NCBI RefSeq assembly: GCF_902713615.1
Contig: NW_024055806.1
Span: 186,001 to 250,000, forward strand
Length of the DNA stretch: 64,000 nucleotides
Direction: 5' to 3'
DNA from: Scyliorhinus canicula
Lineage: Eukaryota
Part shown: positions 23,890 through 36,907 of the stretch, piece by piece
Layout of the letters: the number at the start of each line of letters is the position of its first letter
How positions within the stretch are numbered: position 1 is the first letter of the stretch
Program-made: the position numbers and the translations under genes
Notes under the pieces: generated by a model
What the model was told of the DNA's origin: nothing
What the model saw: the letters and a program-made list of their open reading frames with translations, nothing else
Database searches by the model: none

Positions 23890-24760
23890 ATTCGCCACGG
23901 AAGTGCTAAAGAATGACCATCTCCACCAAAATAGAATCCAACAATCTCTCCTTGACATTCAGTGATATTGTCATCGCTGAATCCCCTTCTATCAATACCC
24001 TGGGGTTAACATTGACCAGAAACTGTCCTGGACTGACCATATAATTGCTGAGGCGACATAATCCGGTCAGGGTCTAGGAAACCTGCGGCAAGTAACTCAC
24101 TCCTGACTCCCAAAGCCTGTTCACCATCTACAAGGCACAAGACAGGAGTGTAATTGAATACTCTCCAGTTGCCTGGCTGGGTGCAGCTCCAATAACATTG
24201 AAGAAGCTTGACACCATCCAGGTCAAAGCAGTCCACTTGATCGTCACCCTATGTACAAACACTCTTATGAGGGACATGGATAGTATGGATGGGCAGGAAT
24301 TCATTTCCAGGGTGGAGAGGTCAGTCACCAGGGAGCATAGGTTTAAGGTCCGTGGGGCAAAGTTTAGAGGAGATGTGCGAGGCAAGGTTCCATCCACAAC
24401 CGACGAACAATGACAATAATGTACCATCCACAAGATGCACCGCAGAAACCCATCAAGTCTAATTTGAAACGCCTTCTCAACCCAGGCCCATTAATTTCTA
24501 GAAGGAAAAGGCAGCTGACACATGGGAAGATCACCACCTGGAAATTCCCCTCCAAATCACTCACTATCCTGACTTGGAAATATATCGCAGCATCTTCGGT
24601 GTCGCTGGTTCGAACGACCAGAACTCCCTCCCTAACAACACCGTCGGTTTACCGACACCAGAGTGATTGCGGAGGTTCAAATAGGTAGCACACCACCACT
24701 TTGTGAAAGACAATTAGCGATGGACAATAAATCATGGCCCAGCTAGCGACACCAGAACCA
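23890..24760 (+). mobile_element. Degenerate CR1/L2-clade LINE 3' fragment with a short CR1 piece embedded (~24260-24390)
   Basis: Shared blocks such as ATTGACCAGAAACTG...CTGGACT and GGAAATATATCGC...CACCACC as in the other copies. Confidence 0.65.
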
Positions 24761-24791
24761 TATAACTTAATTTAAAATTGTACTAATCTTT

Positions 24792-27700
24792 ACGGACCCA
24801 GGGGGACGGTATGTCATGGTCAGCGGGGCCCTGGATGGGGCGCCGGTAGTTCTAGTTAACGTGTACGCGCCCAACTGGGACGACACGAGCTTCATCCAAA
24901 AGACCATGGCAGAAATCCCGGACATAGCGACGCACCGACTAATCATGGGGGGGGACTTCAACTGTGTACAGGACCCAACGACGGACAGATCAAACCCCAG
25001 AACGGGGAAAACCTCAAACATGGCAAGGGAACTCAGCCACTATATGGAGCAGATGGGAGCAGTAGACCCCTGGAGATTCGCCCACCCGGGGGAGAAAGAA
25101 TTCTCTTTCTTCTCCCCAGTACACAACGTGTACACCAGAATTGACTTCTTTGTGGTGGGGAAAACGGTGCTTCCAGAGATAGACAAGGTGGAATACTCCG
25201 CAATTGTGATATCAGACCACGCTCCACACTACATGGATGTGCGGCTAGAGACGGGAAGCGCCCAGCGCCCCAAATGGAGGTTGGACGGTGCCTTACTAGC
25301 TGACAAGGCCTTCAGCGAAAGGATAGCGCAGGCCATAGCGGAGTACACTGAGATCAACCAAAACGGGGAGGTCTCACCCTCCACGTTCTGGGAAGCGCTT
25401 AAGGCCGTACTAAGAGGGGAAATCATAGCCTACAAAGCGCAAAGAGATAGGGAGGAAAGGGTGGCTAGGCAGAAGCTGGTCGACTCCATACTGGAGGTAG
25501 ACCATAAATACTCCGAGGCCCCGACTGTAGAACTCCTGGCAGAGAGAAAAGAATTACAAAGGAACTTTGACCTGCTCTCCACCAGGAAAGCAGTACACCA
25601 ACTCCGCCAGGCACGCGGGGCCCTATACGAACACGGAGACAAAGCCAGCCGCCTGTTGGCCCACCAGCTGAGAAAGCAGGCAGCCAGCAGAGAAATTGCG
25701 CAAATCAGAGATACCAGAGGCACGTTGGAAACAGAACCAGAGAAGATTAACAAAACCTTCAAGGCCTTCTACCAAGAGCTGTACACCTCAGAGCCCCCAA
25801 CGGGGAAGGCTGGGATGAACCGGTTTCTTGACGGACTGAACATACCAGTTGTGGGAGAGGGTAGAAAACGGGATCTGGAAGCACCACTAGCACTGGGAGA
25901 GATCATGGAGAGCATTAGCTCCATGCAGGCGGGGAAGGCGCCGGGACCGGACGGATTCCCGGCGGACTTCTACAAAAAATTTGCGACAGCGCTGGCCCCG
26001 CACATGCGGGAGATGTTCACAGACTCGCTAGCTAGGGGCACGTTGCCACCCACGTTAGCACAGGCCTCAATCTCGCTGATACCTAAGAAAGACAAAGACC
26101 CAACGGAATGTGGGTCATACAGACCCATATCTCTGCTGAATGCAGACGCCAAAATACTGGCCAAAATCCTAGCCAAAAGGCTAGAAGACTGTGTACCTGA
26201 GGTGGTCACAGAGGACCAGACGGGCTTTGTCAAAGGTAGACAGCTGACCGCGAACATCAGGCGCCTGCTGAACGTGATAATGACCCCCTCCGGGGAGAGA
26301 ACACAAGAGGTGATCGTCTCCCTGGACGCAGAAAAGGCCTTCGACAGAGTCGAATGGATATACCTCATAGAGGTACTGGAGCGGTTCGGGCTTGGAACAG
26401 GGTTCACAGCTTGGGTAAAGCTCCTGTACAACGCTCCCATGGCGAGTGTACAGACCAACAATACCAACTCCCAATACTTCCAGCTGCACAGGGGCACCAG
26501 ACAAGGATGCCCACTGTCCCCGCTGCTGTTCGCACTAGCAATCGAACCGCTAGCAATCGCGCTCAGGGCAGCAAAAAATTGGAGGGGGATCCGAAGGGGA
26601 GGTAGAGAGCACAGAGTCTCACTCTATGCGGATGATCTGCTCCTCTATATCTCGGACCCACAAAGCAGCATGGACGGAATCATCGCGCTCCTGAAAGAGT
26701 TTGGAGCCTTCTCGGGCTACAAACTCAACATGAGCAAAAGTGAGATCTTCCCATTACACCCGCAAGGGGGGGGGGGGGGGGCAGCACTAAAGGGGCTGCC
26801 GTTCAAACAAGCCCGACATAAATTCCGCTACCTGGGGATCCAAATAGCCCATGACTGGAAAGGGATCCACAAATGGAACCTCACCAGCCTGACGGAGGAA
26901 GTTAAAAAGGACCTGCAAAGATGGAACACACTCCCGCTCTCCCTCGCGGGGAGAGTTCAGACGATCAAAATGAACGTACTGCCCAGGTTCCTCTTCCTGT
27001 TTAGATCCATTCCGATCTACATCCCCAAGGCCTTTTTCAAAGCGCTGGACAAACTCATCATGGCGTTCGTATGGGGGGGGGTAAAAATGCTAGGATCCCA
27101 AAGAAGGTCTTACAAAAAACAAAAACCAGGGGAGGGTTAGCCCTCCCGAATCTACAATTCTACCACTGGGCAGCAACAGCCGAGCGAGTAAGGGGATGGA
27201 TCCAGGAGCCAGAAGCTGAGTGGGTGCGTGCGGAGGAGGCCTCCTGCATGGGAACCTCCCTCCGGGCCCTCGCCACGGCAGCACTCCCATCCCCACCCAA
27301 AAAACACTCCAGCAGCCCAGTGGTGACAGCCACCCTCCAATCCTGGAACCAACTGCGGCAGCAACTTGGCCTGACCAAAATGTCGAACAGGGCTCCCATC
27401 TGCAACAACCATAGGTTCAAACCAGCACTGACCGACGCCACCTTCAAAAGGTGGAGGCAGGACGGGGGGACACTGACAGTCAGGGACCTATACACGGACG
27501 ACAGGATCGCAACACTGGACGAACTGACAGAGAAATTTCAGCTAGCTGGGGGGAACGAGCTACGGTACCTGCAGCTCAAAAACTTCCTACGAAAGGAGAC
27601 AAGGACGTACCCACAACCGCCACGACAGACACTACTGGAAGACCTACTGGACGCAAGTATCCTAGAGAAAGGGAACTGTAGTGACATGTATGACCGACTG

Positions 27701-28336
27701 GTAGATAGGGACGACACCGTACTGGACGCAACAAGGAGGAAATGGGAGGACGACCTGGGGATGGAGATCGGGTGGGGACTCTGGAGCGAAGCACTGCATA
27801 GGGTCAACTCCACCTCCACGTGCGCAAGGCTCAGCCTGACGCAACTAAAAGTGGTACATAGAGCCCACTTAACAAGAACCCGTATGAGTAGGTTCTTCCC
27901 GGAGGTGGAAGACAGATGTGAACGGTGCCAAAGAGGCCCGGCCAACCACGCCCACATGTTCTGGTCCTGCCCCAGACTCGTGGAGTACTGGACAGCCTTC
28001 TTCGAGGTAATGTCCAAAGTGGTGGGAGTGAGGGTGGAGCCATGCCCGATAGTGGCGGTCTTCGGGGTTTCAGAACAGCCAGATCTATTCCTGGGGAGGA
28101 GGGCGGATGCCCTTGCCTTTGCCTCCCTGATCGCCCGCCGTAGAATCCTGTTTGGCTGGCGGTCAGCAGCACCGCCCAGAGCTGCGGACTGGCTGTCCGA
28201 CCTCTCGGAATCTCTCCAAATGGAGAAAATCAAATTTGCCATCCGAGGGTCGGACGACGGCTTCCACAGAACGTGGGAGCCATTCATGCAACTGTTCCGG
28301 GACCTATTTGTGGCCAATGTACAAGAGGAAGAATAG
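24792..28336 (+). pseudogene. Truncated L1 ORF2 with one frameshift in a G9 run (27073-27081)
   Basis: ORFs 24816-27140 and 27071-28336 join at VWGG|KNARIP. YADD, GTRQGCPLSP and CERC...HMFWSC motifs. Confidence 0.9.
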
Positions 28337-28605
28337 TCGGGGGAAGGTAGCGGGAGGGGGGGGGGGGGGGGCTACAGGTTCGTTACGGGGGTTCGATGGC
28401 TAGCTAAGGCCCAAAACCAAGCTAAATAAACATGTTGAGGGGGGGGGGGGGGCGCAGTTACTACTACGAAGATGCTTACCTGTAAATATGTATGTTAATT
28501 TTTGCGTGTTTGTTTTTGTTTGTTTTTTTTTTCTCTCTCCTAACAATTTGTAATTTGTTCAATATAAAATACGAAAACTGAATAAAAACATTTATAAAAA
28601 AAAAA
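24792..28605 (+). mobile_element. 5'-truncated L1-clade LINE of a second subfamily, 18-bp TSD
   Basis: TSD AAAATTGTACTAATCTTT at 24774-24791 and 28606-28623 (TTT|AAAA target). Starts inside the endonuclease domain; AATAAA and A-tail present. Confidence 0.95.
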
Positions 28606-29199
28606 AAAATTGTACTAATCTTTTTGGAACGACGGTAATTGGTGAATTCAATTATTTATATTCATAATTGAATGAAGATTGATGAATATCATTACTATTT
28701 TTCTGAACATTTATAACCGACGCCTTCTCTCCTGGAAGATATAAGCCATCCCACAGGAGATTGAAGATGCAAAATCATAATCAATATCTGAAAACAAAGT
28801 GGACAGAGGAGACTGCAGCAACTATTGACATATCTCACTCATAGCAGCACTGGAAAGGCCGTTGCGAGCTTCACATTTTAAACACTTCATCTGCTTGCAG
28901 GCCGAATGTAGCTGGAAGCAAGGTGTGGTGTTTGTGTCGCAAGATTTACTCTGGGCGTGATCTGCTCCCTATACCACATGTCTACCTCTTCAACTTGCTT
29001 TCATCAATCTCAATAAACATTCGACACTGTCATCAGAACAGGGACTATAAGATTTGGGGAAACGTGTCTGCCTTCTAAAGCTTCCCTGTCTCATTCACTG
29101 CTTCCATTGCAAAATGCACTGCATTGTACAGATTGATGATTCCACTTCCGACAGATTCTAAGTGAATGATTGAGTGAAAGAGGACCGTGTCATTGACCC

Positions 29200-29700
29200 A
29201 ACTCTATTCGGGAGCTTCCTCTTCAAGTTGCTGATCTTCGCCTTCCCTGAAGATATGGATGAAATCCACTAGCACACCCGGTCAGGCTGAAACCTCTATA
29301 ACCTTTCAGTCATGAAAATGGAGACATAATCACAATACATCCTCATCAGAGAATTCCTCTAGGCTGAAAATTCGATCATCCAAACAAAACATCAGCTACA
29401 GAGACTCATGGACTCTGTCCCCAGTGCCTGTAACTTGTTCTTCCTTGCCATAAGCATGAGGAAAACAGTGGTCGTGGGACAAGGTGTTGCACTTTCGCCA
29501 ATGGCCACATTAAATAAGAGCCGGTGAGCAGATTCTGCTCCCGAGTTTCCATGTTGAGAGACTGCCTTGACGCAGAACGTGATCCTGACATGGGGAAAGC
29601 AGGTACTACCTTTGTTTGACTCATTAAAATGTCCATGGAATGACATCAAGCTTTGGAACGAGCTGATGGTTTATAAGGCCTAAACTCTCAGAACCTTAGG
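29200..29700 (+). mobile_element. Degenerate RTE-clade LINE RT fragment
   Basis: Translates with breaks to QRLMDS..SACNLF.LAISMRKTVVVGQG...IGKAGTTF...KL.VYKA, typical of RTE/BovB-like RT. Confidence 0.6.
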
Positions 29701-29704
29701 TCAA

Positions 29705-30040
29705 CAAGGTAACACACTGGTTAGCACAGTTGCTTCACAGCTTCAGTGTTCCCGGTTCGATTTTCATCTTGGGTTACTGTTTGTGCGGAGTCTGCACGTT
29801 TTCCCCGTGTCTGCACGGGTTCCTCCGGGTGCTCCGGTTTGCTCCCACAGTCCAAAGATGTGCTGGATAGGGGGATTGGCTCTGCTAAATTGCCATTAGT
29901 ATCCAACAAAGGTGAAATGGGATTACAGAAATAAGGTGGAGATGTGGGGATAGGATGGAGGTATGGGTTAGGTAGGATGCTCTCTCCAAGGGACTTGATG
30001 GGCCGAATATCTCCTTCTGCACTGTAAGTTCTATGATTCT
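29705..30040 (+). mobile_element. tRNA-derived V-SINE/HE1-like SINE
   Basis: GGTTAGCACAGTTGCTTCACAG...GGTTCGA, conserved core GTGCGGAGTCTGCACGTT...CCTCCGGGTGCTCCGGTTT and a CR1-like tail. Confidence 0.75.
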
Positions 30041-31479
30041 ATAAACCTTGTCGTATGTCTGTGAAACAAGGAACACTTAGAGCTGTGAAGAAAAATAGCT
30101 CAAAAAATGTCATCTTTGTTGTCCGCAGTGCATTATGGATATTTACTGGCAGGACAAAATCAGAAATGAGGCATTGCTGTCAAAGACAGAGCTTCCAAGG
30201 ACCTTCAAAACAATCAGAAAGAGGTGGTTTGCACGGTTTTAGTGTGGTCTCCAAATGGAAGTTGGTCACATGACCAAAGAATTTCCACTTCGCGAAGCAG
30301 CCGGAGCCACACAACCAGTGGGAAGCCAAATATTCCACTTCAAGGTTTCTTCAAAGTGTGACATAATGTCCTTAAACCTAAATATTGAGCATCGAAATTC
30401 GTTGTCACCAGCAGCAAAATGAAAAAATAGGGACACTTCCGGTGGGCTGGTGTGAGCCACCAGGACCAGTGGATTTAGCAGCTTCGAAATAGACACAAAC
30501 CGAGAATATGAACACCCACAACGACAATTGGGAGCTTCATGTGCAACACTTGCGTCAAAATCATTGGATATTTGTTGTGTATCTGTTGGAAATAGACGGA
30601 TGCCTGTGACCTGAGTGAAATCCAGTTGTACACAACACAATGTTGTTTCACACAACGACACGCAAAAATTCGCTTTCGCACACCCACAGCGAAACACAGA
30701 CACACACAGTCTCTCCCACAAGCATTCTGTCTGTCTTACACGCACACCCACATTTTCCCTTTCAATTTAAGATCCCATCTTAACTTCCTTGGAGGCTTTG
30801 GAGTCAATGGCCCCAACCGTCTTTCAGCTGGTATAATGAAGCAACAAAATCGCCCCAACATCATGTACGTTAAGGTAAATGTTAAATTTCCCATGGACTC
30901 CATACAGGGCCCAGGAAACACTCATCCATTTAACAAACATGAACAAAAACGCGCGACCAGGGATTGAGCCGCTTTGCTCTGGCACTGACCTCACTGCGCA
31001 AGAATTAGCCACCAACACCTGCAATGAGTTAAACCTTAGATTATAGCAGTTCCGCAGAACGCGATGTGATATTACATTTGTGGAAATGAATTATTGACCC
31101 ATCTACATCATGGATCATACCTGACAGCAATATTTTCACAGTAACTGCAATTGCAAAGTTTGGCCAGCAGATGGAATTTAAATCGAGATGCTTTACATTA
31201 CATGAAGCAGACATTGCCTCAATAATTACTGCACTAATCCCTGTCTCTGTTAATTTTAAATTGGGCTCCATCTGTTTTATTTTAGACTAGACTCTGTCTC
31301 TGTTTACATTACACGGCACTCTGTTTCAATTAACACTGCACTAGTACATGTCAATGTTTATATCACACAATCATTGTGATCCTATTTTTAATGGATAGGA
31401 TCTACCTTTGCAGTTCACCAACATCCAGTCCTGAATAGTAATGAACAATTAAACAAATAGCCGGATCAGGAGCCTCAAT

Positions 31480-32830
31480 AAAATTCCCCTCTTCAATGAT
31501 GCGGGAGCCCAGCACGTTCGTGCAAAAAACAAGACTGAAAGTTCCTGCCAGAGGTGCCGAGAGGATGATCCATCTCGGCCTCCTCCGGTGGTCTGAATCA
31601 TCATGGATGTCAGTCTTCAGCAAATTAGATCCCTCCACACGATATCAAGAAATGGCTGACAGCGCTGCAAACGTTATTCGACCTGGCAACATTATACCAA
31701 CAATTCTGATGATTTGTGTTCCATAACTGGCTGGGCCCCAGAAAACTTGCTCCAGTGCAGATACAGCACTGGCATGTACCCAACAATGTGTAACATTGCC
31801 AAACATGACCCTTTCACAAAACGCAGGATAAATCCAACCCAGCCAATTATTTCCCGATCAGTCCGCCTTTGATCCATCAGGAACTTTATAAAAAGTGTCA
31901 AGGATCATCCAGTAACGTATAGTGTCCTCGGATAGTGTCCCCGGCCCAAGCTTAACCCTTCATCATAAGGTAAGAAGTGAGGATGTTCGCTGATGATTAC
32001 CCAATGTTCTGCACCATATTCAACTCCTCAAATACTGAAGTAGTTTGTCTTCAAGTGCAGCAAACTTGGACAACATTCAGGCTTAGGCTGGCAAGTGTCA
32101 GGCAATGACCATCCCAAAAAGCGAGATTCTAACCGTCTCTCCTAGATTTAAAATTATACCACCGTGATTGAATTCCCCCAATATCAATATCCTCGGAATT
32201 ATCATTGCTCAAAAACTGAACATTTAAAAAATATGGCTACAAGAGCAGGTCAGTGGCTGGAACTTCTGCGGTGAGTAACTCACCTCGCGACTTCCCAACC
32301 TCTATTCATCATCTATACGGCAGAAGTCAGGTGTTTGACTGAATATCTCCATTGGTCTCACGTGTGCCCCTCAAGCAATACGTGAGATCTCGACGCCATC
32401 CAGAGCAGAGCAGCCGGCTCGACGAACACCCCATCCACCAACTTCAACATTCTCTCCCTGCATCACGGGTGCACAATTCTAGTAGCTTGAACGACGCACA
32501 AGGAACTAATGCAGCAATTGCCTCCCTCTATAGCACCTTCCAACACAGCAACTCAGCCGCCTAAAAGGACCAGGCCCGGCAGATGCATTGTAACAACAGG
32601 ACCTGCAATTACCCACCAGGCCTCACACCACCTTGATGGGAACTATGTCTCTGTTCCTTCACTGTCACTGGTCAAAATCCTGGACCTCCCTTCCTGTCAG
32701 CTCTGTGGGTGTACGTACTCAGTATGGAGTGCAATGGTTCATAAAGCGGGCTCAACACCACATTCTCAAGGGAAATGAGGAATTGACAGCAAATGTTGAC
32801 GTTACTGCCGACTCCAAGATCCCATTAAAT
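31480..32830 (+). mobile_element. Degenerate CR1/L2-clade LINE fragment with internal deletions
   Basis: RT remnants (...NPANY.PIS..., MFADD) and the family 3' tail. Confidence 0.7.
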
Positions 32831-33374
32831 CATTTTAAACATATCATTTTCTGCTTACATTCACCCAGCCCCGGCCTCTGTTTACATTACACTCGCCGTG
32901 TCTCTATCACATTACAGCAGGTCCTGTCTCAGTTTTCCTGCACTCGGCTGAATATCAGTTATTAATATCCGGGGCCCACACCCTGTTTATATTACAAATC
33001 CGTAATTATGACGCACTGACCCATGTCTTGGTTAGTCTAGTAAGAAACACGTCACAATGGTTACAGCATCAGAACGTGTGTCTGTGCATCGTAACTGGAA
33101 CAACATTCTGTTTGCATCACAAGTTGTTCGGTCTCAGTTATTACTCGACTAGATAGTTAAATTCCAGTAAACACAATCCTGCTTTAGTTAATGCTGCACA
33201 TGTATATGCCCCTGTTTATATAATACTAGGCCCTGCCTCTGTTATTCTTGGATTGTACGATATCCCTCTTATTGCTGCATTGATCATGTCCCTATTTGTA
33301 TCAATCGGCATTCCGCTAGACCAGAATTCAGTTGATATTGCACTAGGCCCAGTCTCTGCTTATGCCTTCGGCGG

Positions 33375-33665
33375 AGGGTGGCGCAGTGGGGAGCACTGCT
33401 GCCTCATAGCGCCGGGGTTCAATTCCTGACTGTTTGCGTGGAGTTTTTACTTTCTCCCTGTGTCTGAGTGGCTTTCCTCCAGGTGCTCCGGTTTCCTCCC
33501 ATAGTCCGAATATGTACAGGTTAGGTGGATTGGCCATTCGAAATTGCCCCTCGGTGTCCAAGGATGCATAGGTCATGGTGCAAGGGCGGGGGATTGAGGA
33601 GGGTGATATTTCAGAGGTTGGTGCAGATGCAATGGGCCGAGTGGCCTTCTATCTTGTACGGATTC
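33375..33665 (+). mobile_element. tRNA-derived V-SINE/HE1-like SINE
   Basis: GGTGGCGCAGTGG...GGTTCAATTCC head and the same core as 29705. Confidence 0.75.
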
Positions 33666-35568
33666 TGTATTTGATCCTGATTCTAGCCTACTTTTTCCGA
33701 GACCTGCGCATTTTTATTAATGCACTGAATGGTACCTCTGCTTTTTACTGTGGGCGCATTATTGCAGATGTCTTTGAGATGGAAAGCTAATATAATAATA
33801 CATATTTTGGACGATAAATCAGTATATGGTAACAACCTGCAACGGATGTATAGTGTATACAGTGTATGCTATGCAACATTTGATATACATTTTCAGTGCA
33901 GTCAGCAGAATTAAATTTAAGATATAATTTCCTCTTTGCTGGTGCCCAAGACCAATTCCTACCCCAGAGAGTTGTATGAGTAGGAGGATGCAGAGTATTG
34001 TGTTCCCATGTGATTGTTGCCCTTGTGATTCTCGGAGGTCTCGGGTATGGAAGGTGCTGTTGAAGAAATCTTGGCGAGTTGCTGCAGTGCATCCCGTCGA
34101 TGTTCCACAATGCAGCTACTGTGTGCCTGCTGTGAAGAGAATGAAGTTGCTGTAACATTAGCTTCTGTCTCAGTTATTTATTTAATTGTCCTTTGTTTAT
34201 GTTACACAATTACAACTATTCCATTCCCTTAGTTTATTGCACTAGGCCCAGGCAATAGAAGTTCAGTTGTACAATTTGAAGTGGCTGCAAGAAGATCAGA
34301 GGTCTGTGGTTGTACGTACACACATCTAGGGTGCTGACAAGACAGAGTATGACGTTTATCTGGACATGGATCAGCATTGCTCTCTAAAGAATTTTAGACT
34401 ATCACTGTTCCCTCAGTTTTTTTTAATCTTCACAATTTCCACCTCAGCCATTTTCCAAATTACTGTGCATGGTCTACCGCAGCAATTACTGAGGCCGGGT
34501 AATATGAAGAGACATGGCCCGGCGCAGAGCTGAGGCTGTATCTAATGTAATACAAACAGAGACAGGTTTAAATTACTAGAAACAGAGTCAGGTTCTAGGT
34601 TAATGTAAAGAGAGACAAACAGGGTCCCTAAGTCCAAAACATGGAGGAGCAGAATTAAGCCATTCAACACATCGCGACTGCTCCGCCATTAAATCATGGC
34701 CAATATGTTCCTAATCCCCATTCTCCTGCCTTCTCCCAATAACTCCTGAATGCCTCGTTGATCAAGACATGTCCTCTAATTTGTGGCCTAGTTTAATATG
34801 AACAAAGATAAATAGGCCCTTATTTAATATAAACTGACAAAGGTACAAGGTAGTATAACATAAACAGAGACGGGCTCACGGCCTGGTACAAAACAGCGGC
34901 AGGGCCTAGTGTCCCTTCAAATACTAGCAGGACAGGGGCATCACAGGTTGGAGACAAAGAGAAACTCCCTCACACTGTCCCCATCAAACATTCTCAGAGC
35001 AGCTGCAGATTGGTTAGATATAGAATGAAATTCCCTCTACATAACTCGCTCAAACACATTAAAGGCCGAAAAACCAAAGGTTCTATATCAGGTAAAACCT
35101 CTTCTGCCCTCTTCCTTCAGAGATCTCCAAGACAGGTTGACAGTGGGGTTAGTTACAGGGTAAGAAACCTCTGCATTTTCCCATCAAACCCACCCAGGTC
35201 AGGTACAGCACAGTTCAGATACGGAGTAAATCTCCCTATGTACAGTCATATCAAACACACACAGGGCAGGTTCAGTGCAGGTTACATGCAAGTAAACTTG
35301 CTCTACACTCTTCAGTCAAATGCTCCAAGGTCTCGGCAGCTGGATAAAGTGCAAGGAAAGATTCTTCTGCCCTGCCACATCAAATCCTCAACCACCACGT
35401 GCAGCCCAGATCAGATATAGAGGAAACTTGTCTCTACAGTTCTCATTAAATACCCCAAGATCATTGAATACTCCAATCTCATTTTAGCATAAAACTCCCT
35501 CGCCGGATTCCAATACATTGGATTCGGTGCATTTAGTTGGAAGCCAACGGGGTGAGTTCAGGCTGAGA

Positions 35569-35715
35569 GGGCTGGTTTAGCTCAGTGGGCTAGACAGCTG
35601 GTTTGTGATGCAGAACAAGACCAGCAGCGCGCGTTCAATTCCTGTTCCAGCTTACCGGAACAAGCGCCAGAATGTGGCGACATGGGGCTTTTCACAGTAA
35701 AATTGTTATTATTGT
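35569..35715 (+). mobile_element. GGGGCTGGTTTAGCTCA-family tRNA SINE (diverged)
   Basis: A-box/B-box head and GGAATGTGGCGAC...GGGGCTTTTCACAGTAA body. Confidence 0.7.
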
Positions 35716-36907
35716 TGCCACATGTCGATTAAAGACAATGACCCTTCGTGGAGAGACATGAGATAGAACCAGATATGAGAAAGATATAGAGAGAGATAGG
35801 ATACAGGAAAATTCTACGAACACACTTGCATGCTCTTATATTTAGAGATTAGAGGGGATCTTTCCTAATTATGAACATGGATATCATAATGACATTTTTC
35901 TCATATAACTGATTCATAAAAAAATGTCGAAAAATAAACACTACTGGAATCCGTTGATCTATTTCCATCTTTGGCTCTATTTTTGTGCTGTGTTGGTGGG
36001 GAAACATTTGTTTTGCTTTTCTCAGTCCGCAATCTAATCTGGGACTTCTATTTATGAGTTTATTTACATAAACACTTCACTGGTCACAATGAAATGTTCA
36101 TGTCAGCAAAACGAGATAAACACATTCACATATTGATCAGTTTTACCTCAAAATAGCGGTTTATTTTAGGAATATTGACAGTTGGTTAAAATGAATAGAA
36201 ACTTCCATTAGGACAGATGTTACTTAATTGAAATAAAAAAAACTTTAAATTAAGTATTCATTCTGAAAGTTCTGATGCCTCAATTAATAATGCATCTTTA
36301 ACCAGCTACTTTTCCACTGAATGTTAATTTGATTGAAATATTAACCGATTTAAAGTAGATAGATTAAAACATCAGGCAGAGGATTGATCTATAGTCACAT
36401 TAATCTCTGATCAGTCGACATATTACAATTTGCATTTTAAAATGTTAACGTTTGGAAAGAGCTTGCTTTTGTAAAACGCTCTACCCGACCTCAGGTCATC
36501 CCAACGCCCTTAAAACTCACTGATATATTTTTGCTGAATTTAGTCACTGCTGTAATGTCGGAAACAGAGCGGAGAATTTGCGCACAGCAAGCTCCCACAA
36601 ACTGAGATGTGATAAGTGACCAGCTAATCTGTGATTTTAGTTCAAGAACGGATGTTGGTCCAAGATACTGGGAAAAGCAGCTCTACTCTTTACAATTATG
36701 CCTGAAATGTGAATCTGTTCCTCTCTCTGCTCACTGACCTGCTGAGCAGCCTTTTGTTTTGTTTTTGTTTTACATTTCCGGAATCTGCAGCACTTTGCAC
36801 AGTTTTTAACATTCATTCTCGGAATATAGCCCTCACTGGCTAAGTCAGCATTAACTGTCCATCCTGAGAAGCCGGATGTGAACCACCTTTTAGATAAGGT
36901 GCACTTA

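Noticed and set aside
15585-28317. Long antisense ORFs over the two L1s
   Set aside because: Shadow frames of GC-rich coding sequence.
30266-30751. 161-aa minus-strand ORF, possible transposase fragment
   Set aside because: No motif I can recognise with confidence; it starts in a CA-rich tract.
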